A stretch of 42,570 bases of DNA from an uncultured Lentimicrobiaceae bacterium (GTDB taxonomy: Bacteria; Bacteroidota; Bacteroidia; Bacteroidales; UBA4417). Within the stretch, counting starts at the first letter, position 1; each line of letters starts with the position of its first letter. The stretch is from the NCBI GenBank assembly GCA_964583325.1, contig CAZOXJ010000004.1, forward strand, positions 10,898 through 53,467, written 5' to 3'. This document shows, in pieces, positions 26,975-36,597 of the stretch. Made by a program: the position numbers and the translations under genes. The notes below the pieces were generated by a model. The model saw only the letters and a list, made by a program, of their open reading frames with translations, was not told the origin of the DNA and searched no databases.

Positions 26975-29900
26975 ATGCTGCTGAAACGGGTTGCTCTTTT
27001 GTTTTTTATCTTATCGCTGGTATTTAATTACCAGTTGAAAGCACAGGAGCAGCCCGCAGCTTTTTCGGCTGACACAGCTAAATTTATCGAAGAACTTACT
27101 GCCCAATTTCGAAATGTTGGCGATGCAGATGCTGCTGAAGCAAAACTGGTTTTATCCACATTCACCTACCACTGGACTTCGGACCTGCTTTCATATGCCC
27201 AGAAAAAACAGGTTCAATCAATTTGTATCGCTTTGAATGAGCAAAAGTTACAGATTGCGCCATATTATGTTTCATATTTAAAAATTGTTGCACTCCTGGT
27301 AAAGCAAGATGCGGATCAGGGAACTTTCGAATTGTTTCATAAAAGCGTTAACTATTGCCTGAAAGGGAAAAATCCATCCCGCACCATACTCCGTTATTTT
27401 ACACAAACGGAACTTCTTCTCAGGGAAAAAGCATTTATGCAAACAAATACTGAAGCATGGTATGTCAGGAACGGAACCTATAAGTTTGCTTTCGACAGTG
27501 TTCCGTATTTTATTTTTTCTTCGGGAACTCTTGCCTGCGTAGTGCGTAATGACAGCGCCTGTATTTATGAAACAAAAGGCAGTTACTATCCTTTAACTCA
27601 TTTCTGGATCGGAAATGGCGGTACCGTTTATTGGGAACGCACTGGCCTGGCACGGGATGTAGTTTATGCAAAACTGGCCGGATACCGGGTTGATACGCGT
27701 TCAATTACTTATACAGCTGACTCTGTATTGTTATACCATGGCGGTTATTTTAAGAAATTCCTTACCGGGAAACTGGAAGACAAAGCTATGGTAGATATTA
27801 CTGCCGATAAAGCTACATTTCCCAAATTTACCATGTATAAGGGAAACCAGGTATATATCAACCTCTTTAAAGATATTGAGTTTTTCGGTGGATTCAATCT
27901 GGCAGGTTCCAAAGTTATTGGTACTCCATCGGATGATGGTTTTTCCCGGATCGAAATTAAGCATAACAATAAGCTGTTTATTACTTTTCGTTCTTCAGAG
28001 TTTGTTATACGCCCCGACAGGTTTGTATCGGCCAGGGCAGCCACTGTTATGTATTTCGAGGATGATTCGATTTTTCACCCGGGATTGCAGGTGCGCTATA
28101 ACCTGTCAAACAACGAACTCATAATGAGCAGAGAGGATGAAGGAATAGGTCAGAGCCCGTTCTTTAATACCTATCATCGGCTTGATATGTATAGCGGTGC
28201 CATTTACTGGAAACTGAATGAAGAATTCATGAATTTTGAAGATATTAAAGGAATGCGGACTAAGAGTGAAGCTCTCTTCGAATCTTCTGATTATTTTTCT
28301 TCTTACCGTTTTGATAAATTGCAGGGTATTGATGATATCAACCCGGCTATGTTAGTTTCGGGATATATCCGGAAAAGAAATACCGACAGGTTTTACGCCG
28401 AGGATTTTGCTGCCTGGGCAAAGAAACCTGTGGAACAAATTCGGATTCAGCTTATTAAGCTTGCAAATGCAGGTTTTTTATACTATGACATTGATCACGA
28501 GCTGGCAGTGGTTCAACCGAGGTTAAATGAATATCTGGCGGCACGCTCGGGCGTTAAGGACAGTGATATTCTTCAATTTCAATCCTATGTAGAGAAAGGT
28601 TCAAATGCAAAACTTGATCTGAAAAATCTTCGATTGTCTATTGAAGGTGTAAAACAGGTTATGGTCAGCGATTCGCAATACGTGTATGTTGTGCCACGCG
28701 ATGGAAAAGTTATTGTGAGTAAAAATCGCGACTTTTCATTCACAGGGCGCGTTCATGCAGGGTTATTTGATTTTCTTGCCAATGCCTGTACATTTAATTA
28801 CGAAAAGTTTTCGCTGAGTATGCCTCAGATTGATTCGGCCATGATGATTGTGCCGGCGTGGAGTCCAAATTCAAATGGTTACCGGCCTTTTGTTCAGGTG
28901 AAGAACGTACTTGCCAACATGAACGGCGAGTTGTTTATTGATTCTCCCGACAGTAAATCAGGCAGAAAAATGCTGCACCATTTTCCATTACTCATAAGTA
29001 AGGATACCAGTTTTGTGTATTTCGAACGGAAGGACATTGTTAAGGGTGTTTATAAAAAAAAGAATTTCTATTTCAGGGTTGATCCGTTTTCGATGGATAG
29101 CATAAACTCTCTTCCACCGGAGGATATCCGGTTTGACGGAACCCTTGTTTCAGCTGGTATTTTTCCTGATATCAATGAAGTATTAAAAGTACAGAAAGAT
29201 TATTCGTTAGGTTTTAAAAGGGTGATACCCGAGCCAGGATTGCCTGTGTACGGAGGAAAAGGTAATTATGCCGATACTCTCATGCTAAGCAATCGTGGAT
29301 TAAGAGGTTCCGGTCGTTTGAACTACCTGAGTTCGGTAACCGAATCAAAAGACTTCCTTTTTACACCTGACTCTACATCAGCTAAGGTGAAAAACTACCA
29401 ACTTGCAAGAGTAAGTGGTGAATATGAGTTCCCTGATGCAAAAGTGAATGACGCCAATATAAAATGGGTCCCCGGTGATGACCTTATGACCGTTCAGAAT
29501 TCGGAAAAGGATTCCATTAGCATGTTTAATAACCATGCCAAACTGAATGGAGCACTGGCAGTTACTCCAACAGGATTGAAAGGGAGAGGGCAGTTTACGT
29601 TCGAAAATGCTGAAGTAAACTCGCAAACATATAATTTTAAAACAGATGCTTTTACCTCGGATACTTCCGATTTTAAACTTTTAACTGACGACCGCAAAAA
29701 AGAAGCACTCCGTGTACACGTTTTCAGGGCAGCAATTGATTTTGCTACCCGCCAGGGGCATTTTGTTGCTACTGGAAAAGGTGCACTTATGGAGTTCCCG
29801 TTTATTCAATATCAGTGCGTTGTAAATGAATTCGACTGGCTGATGGACAAAAAGCAACTTCAGCTGATCAATAAAACAAATTTTTCGCGTGAAGAATATT

Positions 29901-31477
29901 ACAAAATGAAACCCGAGGAACTTGTGGCTTTCGATCCGGGAAAAGAAATATATACTTCAACTGATCCCAAACAGGATTCGCTTAGCTTTTTTGCTCTTCG
30001 CGCACTTTATGATCTAAATACCAACTTGTTGGAAGTAGAGGATGCCCGGATTATCAAGGTAGCTGATGCGGCTGTTTTCCCATTCAATGCCAAACTTTCA
30101 GTAGGTAAGGATGGAAGAATTACCGAACTGAAGCAAGCAGAAATTCTTGCTAACAGAACAAGCCTTTATCATAAATTTTATAACGCCAATGTAAATATTG
30201 CTTCGCGAAAACGCTATGTGGCTAATGGTTTGTACGATTACACTCCTTCCGATGGTGATGTTACAACACTCGAAATAAATACGATTGAGGTAAATAGCAA
30301 TGGTGAAACTTTTGCAGGTGCTGCAATCAGTGATTCAATGAATTTTATGCTGAACAGGTATTTCCGTTTCAAAGGTAAGCTCGAGATTAATGCATCGACA
30401 AAACTCACTTATTTTGAAGGAGGTTACCAATACATGCATGAATGTTATGCGCTTCAAAAAGAATGGATAAAACTCCGTACTCAGCTCGATCCAAAAAATA
30501 TTTTAATTCCGGTAACTGACGATCCTGAGAATACAGGAAATGGACAATTGCGCGTTTCCATTTATTATTCAACTACTGAAAACAATGTGCGCCCCGGTTT
30601 TTTTGTAAAAGCTGAAAATATTACTGATCCCGATATTCTCAGCGCCGGGGGATATGTTTCCTATTTCCCACAAAAAGCTGAATACAGAGTGGCCGACTCT
30701 GCCAAACTCCGTAATCCTTTACTTACCGGTAATATGCTTACCTTTAATACAGCGCGGTGCGTGTTAACAGGCGAAGGTAAGATGCAGATTGCAACCAATC
30801 TGGGCAGGCTCCAAATGAAGTCGGCCGGGGAAATAAACTATTTTTCGATGGTTGATTCCACTTCTCTCAATATTCTTAGTGCCCTTGATTTTTTCTTTTC
30901 GGAAGAAGCTTTAAAAGTATTTGCGGATGCATTAAATGCTTCCGAAGCCAAAGGTCTTGATGTTACAGGCCTCAATTATACCCGTTCGTTACGCGAATTT
31001 GTCGGGCAGGAAGAGGCGGATAAAATTCTTACAGAGTTAAGCCTCTACGGACAATACCGGAAATTTCCCGAAGTGTTGAACCATACCATGGTTCTTACCG
31101 GACTTCAATTAAGCTGGAACAAAGATCTTCGGTCGTTTATCAGCAAGGGCCCTATTGGAATAAGTAATTTAGGTAAACTTCCTGTGAATAAGCAGGTTAA
31201 AGGGTATATTGAGATAGGAAAACGCCGCTCAGGTGATATCTTAAACTTCTACTTCGAGCCCGACGAAAATCAATGGTATTTCTTCGCTTATGCCAATGGA
31301 ACTATGCAGGTTTTATCTTCGAACAAAGCTTTCAATGATAAACTTGTAGGTCTTAAGGAAGACCAGCGGCTTATAAAAGGAGAAAAAGGAAAACCGAGTT
31401 ACCAGTTTATTATTGGCACCGGCGAAAAGAAAGCTACTTTCCTGCGTAAGATGAAACAGGCTGCAGGAGAGGACTAA
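26975..31477 (+). CDS. Large (1500 aa) exported protein of unknown function, mostly beta-strand pattern
   Basis: Long uninterrupted ORF. Sec signal peptide ending QLKA|QEQ. I recognise no catalytic motif, T9SS CTD or TM anchor. Confidence 0.85.
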   Translation: MLLKRVALLFFILSLVFNYQLKAQEQPAAFSADTAKFIEELTAQFRNVGDADAAEAKLVLSTFTYHWTSDLLSYAQKKQVQSICIALNEQKLQIAPYYVSYLKIVALLVKQDADQGTFELFHKSVNYCLKGKNPSRTILRYFTQTELLLREKAFMQTNTEAWYVRNGTYKFAFDSVPYFIFSSGTLACVVRNDSACIYETKGSYYPLTHFWIGNGGTVYWERTGLARDVVYAKLAGYRVDTRSITYTADSVLLYHGGYFKKFLTGKLEDKAMVDITADKATFPKFTMYKGNQVYINLFKDIEFFGGFNLAGSKVIGTPSDDGFSRIEIKHNNKLFITFRSSEFVIRPDRFVSARAATVMYFEDDSIFHPGLQVRYNLSNNELIMSREDEGIGQSPFFNTYHRLDMYSGAIYWKLNEEFMNFEDIKGMRTKSEALFESSDYFSSYRFDKLQGIDDINPAMLVSGYIRKRNTDRFYAEDFAAWAKKPVEQIRIQLIKLANAGFLYYDIDHELAVVQPRLNEYLAARSGVKDSDILQFQSYVEKGSNAKLDLKNLRLSIEGVKQVMVSDSQYVYVVPRDGKVIVSKNRDFSFTGRVHAGLFDFLANACTFNYEKFSLSMPQIDSAMMIVPAWSPNSNGYRPFVQVKNVLANMNGELFIDSPDSKSGRKMLHHFPLLISKDTSFVYFERKDIVKGVYKKKNFYFRVDPFSMDSINSLPPEDIRFDGTLVSAGIFPDINEVLKVQKDYSLGFKRVIPEPGLPVYGGKGNYADTLMLSNRGLRGSGRLNYLSSVTESKDFLFTPDSTSAKVKNYQLARVSGEYEFPDAKVNDANIKWVPGDDLMTVQNSEKDSISMFNNHAKLNGALAVTPTGLKGRGQFTFENAEVNSQTYNFKTDAFTSDTSDFKLLTDDRKKEALRVHVFRAAIDFATRQGHFVATGKGALMEFPFIQYQCVVNEFDWLMDKKQLQLINKTNFSREEYYKMKPEELVAFDPGKEIYTSTDPKQDSLSFFALRALYDLNTNLLEVEDARIIKVADAAVFPFNAKLSVGKDGRITELKQAEILANRTSLYHKFYNANVNIASRKRYVANGLYDYTPSDGDVTTLEINTIEVNSNGETFAGAAISDSMNFMLNRYFRFKGKLEINASTKLTYFEGGYQYMHECYALQKEWIKLRTQLDPKNILIPVTDDPENTGNGQLRVSIYYSTTENNVRPGFFVKAENITDPDILSAGGYVSYFPQKAEYRVADSAKLRNPLLTGNMLTFNTARCVLTGEGKMQIATNLGRLQMKSAGEINYFSMVDSTSLNILSALDFFFSEEALKVFADALNASEAKGLDVTGLNYTRSLREFVGQEEADKILTELSLYGQYRKFPEVLNHTMVLTGLQLSWNKDLRSFISKGPIGISNLGKLPVNKQVKGYIEIGKRRSGDILNFYFEPDENQWYFFAYANGTMQVLSSNKAFNDKLVGLKEDQRLIKGEKGKPSYQFIIGTGEKKATFLRKMKQAAGED

Positions 31478-31618
31478 TTTGGTTTTTGAGTAGATTGAAG
31501 TAGCTTAGCACTCGAAAAATGGTAGAGTTATCACCTGAGATTTAAAACGGGAATCCGTTTTATAAAACATAATGAAATACAATTAACTGATTTACTTGAA
31601 ATTGAACAGGAGAAAGAC

Positions 31619-32254
31619 ATGAATCAATATTTACTACTTATTACAGGAGGAATTGTAGCTTACCTTATGGGTTCATTTTCTTCGGCTGTATGGATCGGGA
31701 AATGGTTTTACAATACCGATGTTCGCACACAGGGAAGTGGAAATGCCGGAGCAACCAATACACTCAGAGTGCTTGGAACAAAAGCCGGAATTATAGTAAT
31801 GATTCTTGATATTGCCAAAGCCTGGGGTGCAGTATCTCTGGCATATGTATTTGCTTCGGATTCACTTTCTCATTCGCAATTAATTGATTACAAGATTGTT
31901 TTAGGTGCTGCGGCGGTGCTGGGACATGTTTTTCCAGTTTTTACCGGATTTAAAGGTGGCAAAGGCGTTGCATCGCTGGTAGGAGTGATCCTTGCATTGT
32001 ACACACCTTACATTTTTCTTATTGTGCTGGGTTGGTTTGTTTTGGTAGTAGCTGTTACACGGTATGTTTCATTGGCATCGGTTACTGGTTCAATACTTTT
32101 TGCTGTTCTTGCCATATTCGTATTCCACGAGCAGAACGTATATCTGATCGTGTTGGCAGCACTTATTGCTGTTTTTATACCTGTAACTCACCATAAAAAT
32201 ATCACTCGTTTGCTTAAAGGTGAAGAAAGCAAACTCACCTTCAGAAAAAAATAA
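31619..32254 (+). CDS. plsY: Glycerol-3-phosphate acyltransferase PlsY
   Basis: Motifs AYLMGS, GSGNAGATN..R, DIAK, GHVFPVF..FKGGKGVA, YVSLAS and HHKNI.RL..G.E. Confidence 0.96.
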   Translation: MNQYLLLITGGIVAYLMGSFSSAVWIGKWFYNTDVRTQGSGNAGATNTLRVLGTKAGIIVMILDIAKAWGAVSLAYVFASDSLSHSQLIDYKIVLGAAAVLGHVFPVFTGFKGGKGVASLVGVILALYTPYIFLIVLGWFVLVVAVTRYVSLASVTGSILFAVLAIFVFHEQNVYLIVLAALIAVFIPVTHHKNITRLLKGEESKLTFRKK

Positions 32255-32379
32255 AAATTATCGAAATAGTTCATTTAATGTTAATATCTTAGTACCATCG
32301 AATTTTAAAATTCGGTTTAAGATTCATACATTTACGCTGTTAAATTTATTACCTGTAAATAACTGAAATACAAAATACT

Positions 32380-33507
32380 ATGAAATTTATTATCAATAGC
32401 CAGGCACTGCTCAAGAAACTACAGTTTCTGAGTGGAGTTATTAACACAAACAATACATTGCCAATTCTGGACGATTTTTTGTTTGATCTCAACGATACTA
32501 CCCTTAATATTACAGCAACTGATCTGGAAACTACGCTGATCATGACACTGGAGCCTTCTATGGCCGACGAATCAGGCAAAGTTACCATTCCAGCCAAGTT
32601 GCTTCTCGATTTTTTGAAATACCTTCCTGATGCACCGATCACGTTTAATATTGATACCAATACACTTGCGATAGAAATCCTCTCTACCGAAGGAAAATAT
32701 AAACTTACCGGCCATAATGCTGATGATTATCCGGAACTTCCTCTGCTTGACGAAACAACCTCTTTTGAAATTTCATCGTCAATTTTAGGTGCCGGAATTA
32801 CCAAAACGGTATTTGCCACCGGTAACGATGAACTAAGGCCGGCAATGGGTGGAGTGTACTTCGATATCATGCCCGATTATATAACCTTTGTAGCTACTGA
32901 TGCGCATAAACTGGTACGTTACCGCCGGAATGATGCCAAATCAGGTATTTCTACCTCATTCATTATTCCACGTAAGCCATTGAATGTACTGAAAAGTTTG
33001 CTTGCCCTGGAAGATGTAAATGTACAGGTTGAGTATAATGTAACAAATGCTGCTTTCGCTTATAACGGTGTGAAATTGTTCAGCCGCCTGATCGAAGGTC
33101 GTTACCCGGCTTACGAAGCTGTTATTCCGAAAGATAATCCAAACCGACTTATCGTTGACAGAGGACTTTTTATAAGTTCCGTAAAACGGCTTTCACCTTT
33201 TGCCAATCAGTCAACACACCAGGTAAGGTTGCGTATTAACGGTCAGGAACTTCTGATGAATGCCGAAGATATCGATTACTCAAACGAAGGCGTTGAGCGC
33301 CTTGCCTGCACCTATTCAGGTGATGACATGGAAATTGGTTTCAACTCAAGGTTCCTTCTCGAAATGGTAAATAACCTCGAAACACCGGAAATTTGTTTCC
33401 AGCTATCGGGTCCAACCCGTGCCGGAATAATTGTTCCTTCCAACTATGATAATCCTGACGAGGATATCCTTATGCTTGTAATGCCTGTGATGTTAGGCCA
33501 AAACTAA
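32380..33507 (+). CDS. dnaN: DNA polymerase III beta sliding clamp
   Basis: Motifs LPIL, ATDLET, VATDAHKL, RLIEGRYPAY..VIP, IGFNSRFL and LVMPV. Confidence 0.97.
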   Translation: MKFIINSQALLKKLQFLSGVINTNNTLPILDDFLFDLNDTTLNITATDLETTLIMTLEPSMADESGKVTIPAKLLLDFLKYLPDAPITFNIDTNTLAIEILSTEGKYKLTGHNADDYPELPLLDETTSFEISSSILGAGITKTVFATGNDELRPAMGGVYFDIMPDYITFVATDAHKLVRYRRNDAKSGISTSFIIPRKPLNVLKSLLALEDVNVQVEYNVTNAAFAYNGVKLFSRLIEGRYPAYEAVIPKDNPNRLIVDRGLFISSVKRLSPFANQSTHQVRLRINGQELLMNAEDIDYSNEGVERLACTYSGDDMEIGFNSRFLLEMVNNLETPEICFQLSGPTRAGIIVPSNYDNPDEDILMLVMPVMLGQN

Positions 33508-33527
33508 GGCAACAGATCATTTAAATT

Positions 33528-33564
33528 GAAAACCCCGGCAACTTACCGGGGTTTTTCTTTTTTT
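33528..33564. terminator. Intrinsic terminator between convergent dnaN and ABC-F
   Basis: GAAAACCCCGG-caactta-CCGGGGTTTTTCTTTTTTT. Confidence 0.88.
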
Positions 33565-33632
33565 ATAAATTACGAAATCAGCTTTTCAGGCAAGCATTGA
33601 TTGATTTTTGAAGCAGAGAATTCAAACCATTT

Positions 33633-35528
33633 TTAAGTATTTGAACTTTCCATTATTTCGCCCAATTCCATCCAGAGAATAGTTTTTTCATCAATTTTTT
33701 CAAGCAAATCATTGTATTTTTTCGAAAGTTCGGTCAGACTTTCAGGTGATTCCAAACCTGAATTCATTCTCTCAATAACTTTATCCTTATCCGATTCGAG
33801 GTGATGAATTTCCTTTTCAAGGTTTTCGAAATCCTTTACCTGTTTATACGTTGGCTTCGATGAAGTTTTTTTCTCTTTACTTACCGGCTTCTCTTCTTTA
33901 ACAGTTTTTTCGGAGCGCTGAGCTTGTTTCAGCTCTTTCATGCGCCATTGGTAATAATCAGTATAGTTTCCAAAAAAATCTTTGATTTTGCCTTCACCTT
34001 CAAACACAAAAACATGATCGCAAAGTTTATCCAATAAAAAACGATCGTGCGACACAATCAGGACACATCCGGCAAAATCATTCAGAAACTCTTCAAGGAC
34101 CTGTAACGTATATATATCCAAATCATTAGTCGGTTCATCCAGAATCAGGAAATTCGGATTCTTGATAAGTTGAAGCAACAGGTACAACCTGCGTCGTTCA
34201 CCGCCGCTAAGTGCACTGAAATAGGCTTGCTGAACCGGGTAACTGAAATCGAAATGCTGAAGGAACTGCGATGCCGACATGCTGCCTTTAGTCAATTGAA
34301 TTTCTTCTGCAACATCTTTTACTATGTCGATAACCCGTTTGTCTTCATTTAACTGCAATCCATTCTGGGTATAATAACTCATGACAACGGTTTGCCCGAT
34401 TGAAATTTTACCTTTATCAGGTGTAAGCCTTCCGGATATCAGGTTGAGAAAAGTGCTTTTCCCGGTACCATTCAACCCGACAATCCCAATTTTCTCACCC
34501 CGCTGAAAAATATAAGTAAAGTCATCAACCGCTTTAAAATCGCCAAAATTTTTGCTAAGGTTGTTTATTTCAACGATTTTGCCTCCCAGTCGGTTTACAT
34601 TAACCCCAAATTGAATAGTTTTATCATCTCGTTTAAATTTGGCTTTTGATTGAAGTTCATCGAACGAATTGATCCTCGCTTTCGATTTTGTTCCTCTTGC
34701 TTTTGGCATACGCCTGATCCACTCAAGTTCTGTACGATACAGGTTTTTTGCTTTTTCAACTGACTGGTCTTCTGTGAATTGTCTTTCAGCTTTCTTTTCG
34801 AGATAATACGTATAATTTCCTTTATAAGTGATAATCGAATTCTGATCCATTTCCAGAATACTATCACAAACATTATCGAGAAAGTACCTGTCGTGGGTAA
34901 CCAATAACAAACTCAACGATTCGCGCGAAAGGTAATCCTCGAGCCATTCAATCATTTCGAAATCAAGGTGATTGGTAGGCTCATCAAGTAATAAAAGATC
35001 CGGATTGCCGAGTAAAGCCCTTGCCAGAGCTATCTTTTTACGCTGACCTCCGGATAGAGTTCCAACTTTTTGAGATAAATCGTTGATGGCAAACTGCCCT
35101 AAAATTTCTCGTGCCCTGGTTTCGTAATCCCAGGCACCCGAAGCATCCATTTCGGCCATGCTTTGGTTTAAAAGTTTTTCGCTTTCGGGACTCAAATTAT
35201 GTTTAACCTGTTCAAGAGCATATTCGTAATCGTGAATAACTTTTATTAGCCCGGTACCTGTTGCAAAAATAGTGTCAAGTATGGATTTTGATTCGTCGAG
35301 TTGCGGGTTTTGTTGCAGATAGTCGATGCGGAGATCGCGGCGGGTAGTGATTTTGCCTGAATCCGGAGCTTCGAGTCCTGCCAGAATATGCATAAGTGAG
35401 CTCTTTCCTGTGCCGTTACGGGCAATGAGAGCCACTTTCTGGCCTTTATCAATACTGAAACTGATGTTGCGGAAAAGTATCTTTTCGCCGTAGGCTTTGG
35501 ATAAGTTATCGACCTGGAGGTAGTTCAA
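33633..35528 (-). CDS. ABC-F family ATPase (Uup/YfmR-like)
   Basis: Two NBDs (NGTGKS twice; LSGGQ and LSGGE; LLDEPTNHLD and ILDEPTNDLD), a linker, a C-terminal coiled coil and no TM segments. TTG start with TACTTTTG box at 35561-35568. Confidence 0.93.
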   Translation of the reverse strand: MNYLQVDNLSKAYGEKILFRNISFSIDKGQKVALIARNGTGKSSLMHILAGLEAPDSGKITTRRDLRIDYLQQNPQLDESKSILDTIFATGTGLIKVIHDYEYALEQVKHNLSPESEKLLNQSMAEMDASGAWDYETRAREILGQFAINDLSQKVGTLSGGQRKKIALARALLGNPDLLLLDEPTNHLDFEMIEWLEDYLSRESLSLLLVTHDRYFLDNVCDSILEMDQNSIITYKGNYTYYLEKKAERQFTEDQSVEKAKNLYRTELEWIRRMPKARGTKSKARINSFDELQSKAKFKRDDKTIQFGVNVNRLGGKIVEINNLSKNFGDFKAVDDFTYIFQRGEKIGIVGLNGTGKSTFLNLISGRLTPDKGKISIGQTVVMSYYTQNGLQLNEDKRVIDIVKDVAEEIQLTKGSMSASQFLQHFDFSYPVQQAYFSALSGGERRRLYLLLQLIKNPNFLILDEPTNDLDIYTLQVLEEFLNDFAGCVLIVSHDRFLLDKLCDHVFVFEGEGKIKDFFGNYTDYYQWRMKELKQAQRSEKTVKEEKPVSKEKKTSSKPTYKQVKDFENLEKEIHHLESDKDKVIERMNSGLESPESLTELSKKYNDLLEKIDEKTILWMELGEIMESSNT

Positions 35529-35640
35529 TGCGGAAAAATATTAATTAGATGTAATAATTGCAAAAGTAGCAAGAATGGCCGGGATTAAGGCTAAAAGAAT
35601 TTGTATGGAGTCTTGTGATTCTATTCTGTGAGGAAAAGAC

Positions 35641-35667
35641 AAAAAAAAAGCTTCCTTTCGGAAGCTT
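35641..35667 (-). terminator. Intrinsic terminator of the cold-shock gene
   Basis: Minus strand AAGCTTCC-GAAA-GGAAGCTT followed by a T-run. Confidence 0.88.
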
Positions 35668-35691
35668 GAGTAGAGGAACTTCAATGCTTAA

Positions 35692-35883
35692 TTATTGCAT
35701 TTTAACATTGATTGCTTTTGGACCGCGGCGGTCTTCAACAACCTCAAAGCTAACTAAATCGTCATCTTTAATTTTGTCGATCAGGCCGGTAACGTGCACA
35801 AATACTTCTTTTGCAGTTTCATCATCAACTATAAAGCCGAAACCTTTTTGCTGATTGAAAAATTTTACTTTTCCAGTAGACAT
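35692..35883 (-). CDS. Cold-shock domain protein (CspA family)
   Basis: GKVKFFN, RNP1 KGFGFI, RNP2 VFVH and GPKAINV. TATCTTTG box at 35925-35932 (minus strand). Confidence 0.96.
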   Translation of the reverse strand: MSTGKVKFFNQQKGFGFIVDDETAKEVFVHVTGLIDKIKDDDLVSFEVVEDRRGPKAINVKMQ

Positions 35884-36086
35884 TGTAATGGGTATTAAAA
35901 ATTATTTAAAATGAAAGTTGATCGCAAAGATAAGGTATATTTATAATAAATATTAATGTTTGTAAATAATTTTTAACATGCTGATTAACAGTATGATATA
36001 GAACATGTTTTAGCGTAATTTTAACTTCAGCATTGACAATTGATAAAAAAAGAAGCAGATTATTCGTCTTATAGGGGAAATGATTT

Positions 36087-36332
36087 TTACTCTTTCATAA
36101 GCCATTCGAACACTTCTCTGGCTTCTTCGGCGGAGTTTTTGCAGAACAGCAATTCTGGTTTAAATCCAATGCATACTGCCGGTCTAAGCGGGTTATTAAA
36201 AATTCCACACTCCAATTCTTCCGTTAAATGAATACACCTTTCTCCTGCTGGTTTGCCATCAGGCATTCCGGGAATGGGCGAACTAATGGAAGGATAAATG
36301 CAGCAGGCACCGCATTGTGTTCGACATTTCAT
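36087..36332 (-). CDS. YkgJ-family cysteine-cluster (putative Fe-S/Zn) protein
   Basis: CRTQCGACC...GKPAGERC..L....C.....RP.VC. Confidence 0.88.
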   Translation of the reverse strand: MKCRTQCGACCIYPSISSPIPGMPDGKPAGERCIHLTEELECGIFNNPLRPAVCIGFKPELLFCKNSAEEAREVFEWLMKE

Positions 36333-36347
36333 TGAAAGGATCTTAAT

Positions 36348-36438
36348 GATGTGGGATGTTAAATGTGGGATGTGGGATGTTAAATGTGAAATGTGCGATT
36401 TACAATGTACGAATTACGATTGACGAGTTATGATTAAT
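36348..36438. repeat. Degenerate heptamer tandem array (13 units, RATGTGG drifting to GATTKAC)
   Basis: GATGTGG GATGTTA AATGTGG GATGTGG GATGTTA AATGTGA AATGTGC GATTTAC AATGTAC GAATTAC GATTGAC GAGTTAT GATTAAT. Confidence 0.88.
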
Positions 36439-36443
36439 GTAAA

Positions 36444-36485
36444 ATTTTGGATTTTGGTTTTTGGAACTTGGAATTTGGGACTTGG
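36444..36485. repeat. Second heptamer array (6 x nnnTTGG)
   Basis: ATTTTGG ATTTTGG TTTTTGG AACTTGG AATTTGG GACTTGG. Confidence 0.85.
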
Positions 36486-36523
36486 AATTTCCACTTGATA
36501 TTTCCCTTTTAGGCTTGAACCTT

Positions 36524-36585
36524 AAAAAAAAGCTCAGAAGCCAAAATCCGGGGAATAAGTATCCCTGAATCTTTGGCTCCTGAGC
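36524..36585 (-). terminator. Long-stem intrinsic terminator of pckA
   Basis: Minus strand GCTCAGGAGCCAAAGATTCAGGGA...TCCCCGGATTTTGGCTTCTGAGC followed by T8. Confidence 0.8.
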
Positions 36586-36597
36586 ATAAGTTTGATG

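Noticed and set aside
27152-27160. DnaA box TTATCCACA / oriC near dnaN
   Set aside because: I noticed only one copy, inside a CDS. There is no box cluster and no dnaA, and dnaN is commonly unlinked from oriC in Bacteroidota.
33633-35528. ABC-F as an antibiotic-resistance gene
   Set aside because: The architecture, with its C-terminal coiled coil, and the core-genome context fit housekeeping Uup-like ABC-F proteins.
36348-36492. Possible CRISPR array
   Set aside because: Units are 7 bp and contiguous, with no unique spacers and no cas genes.
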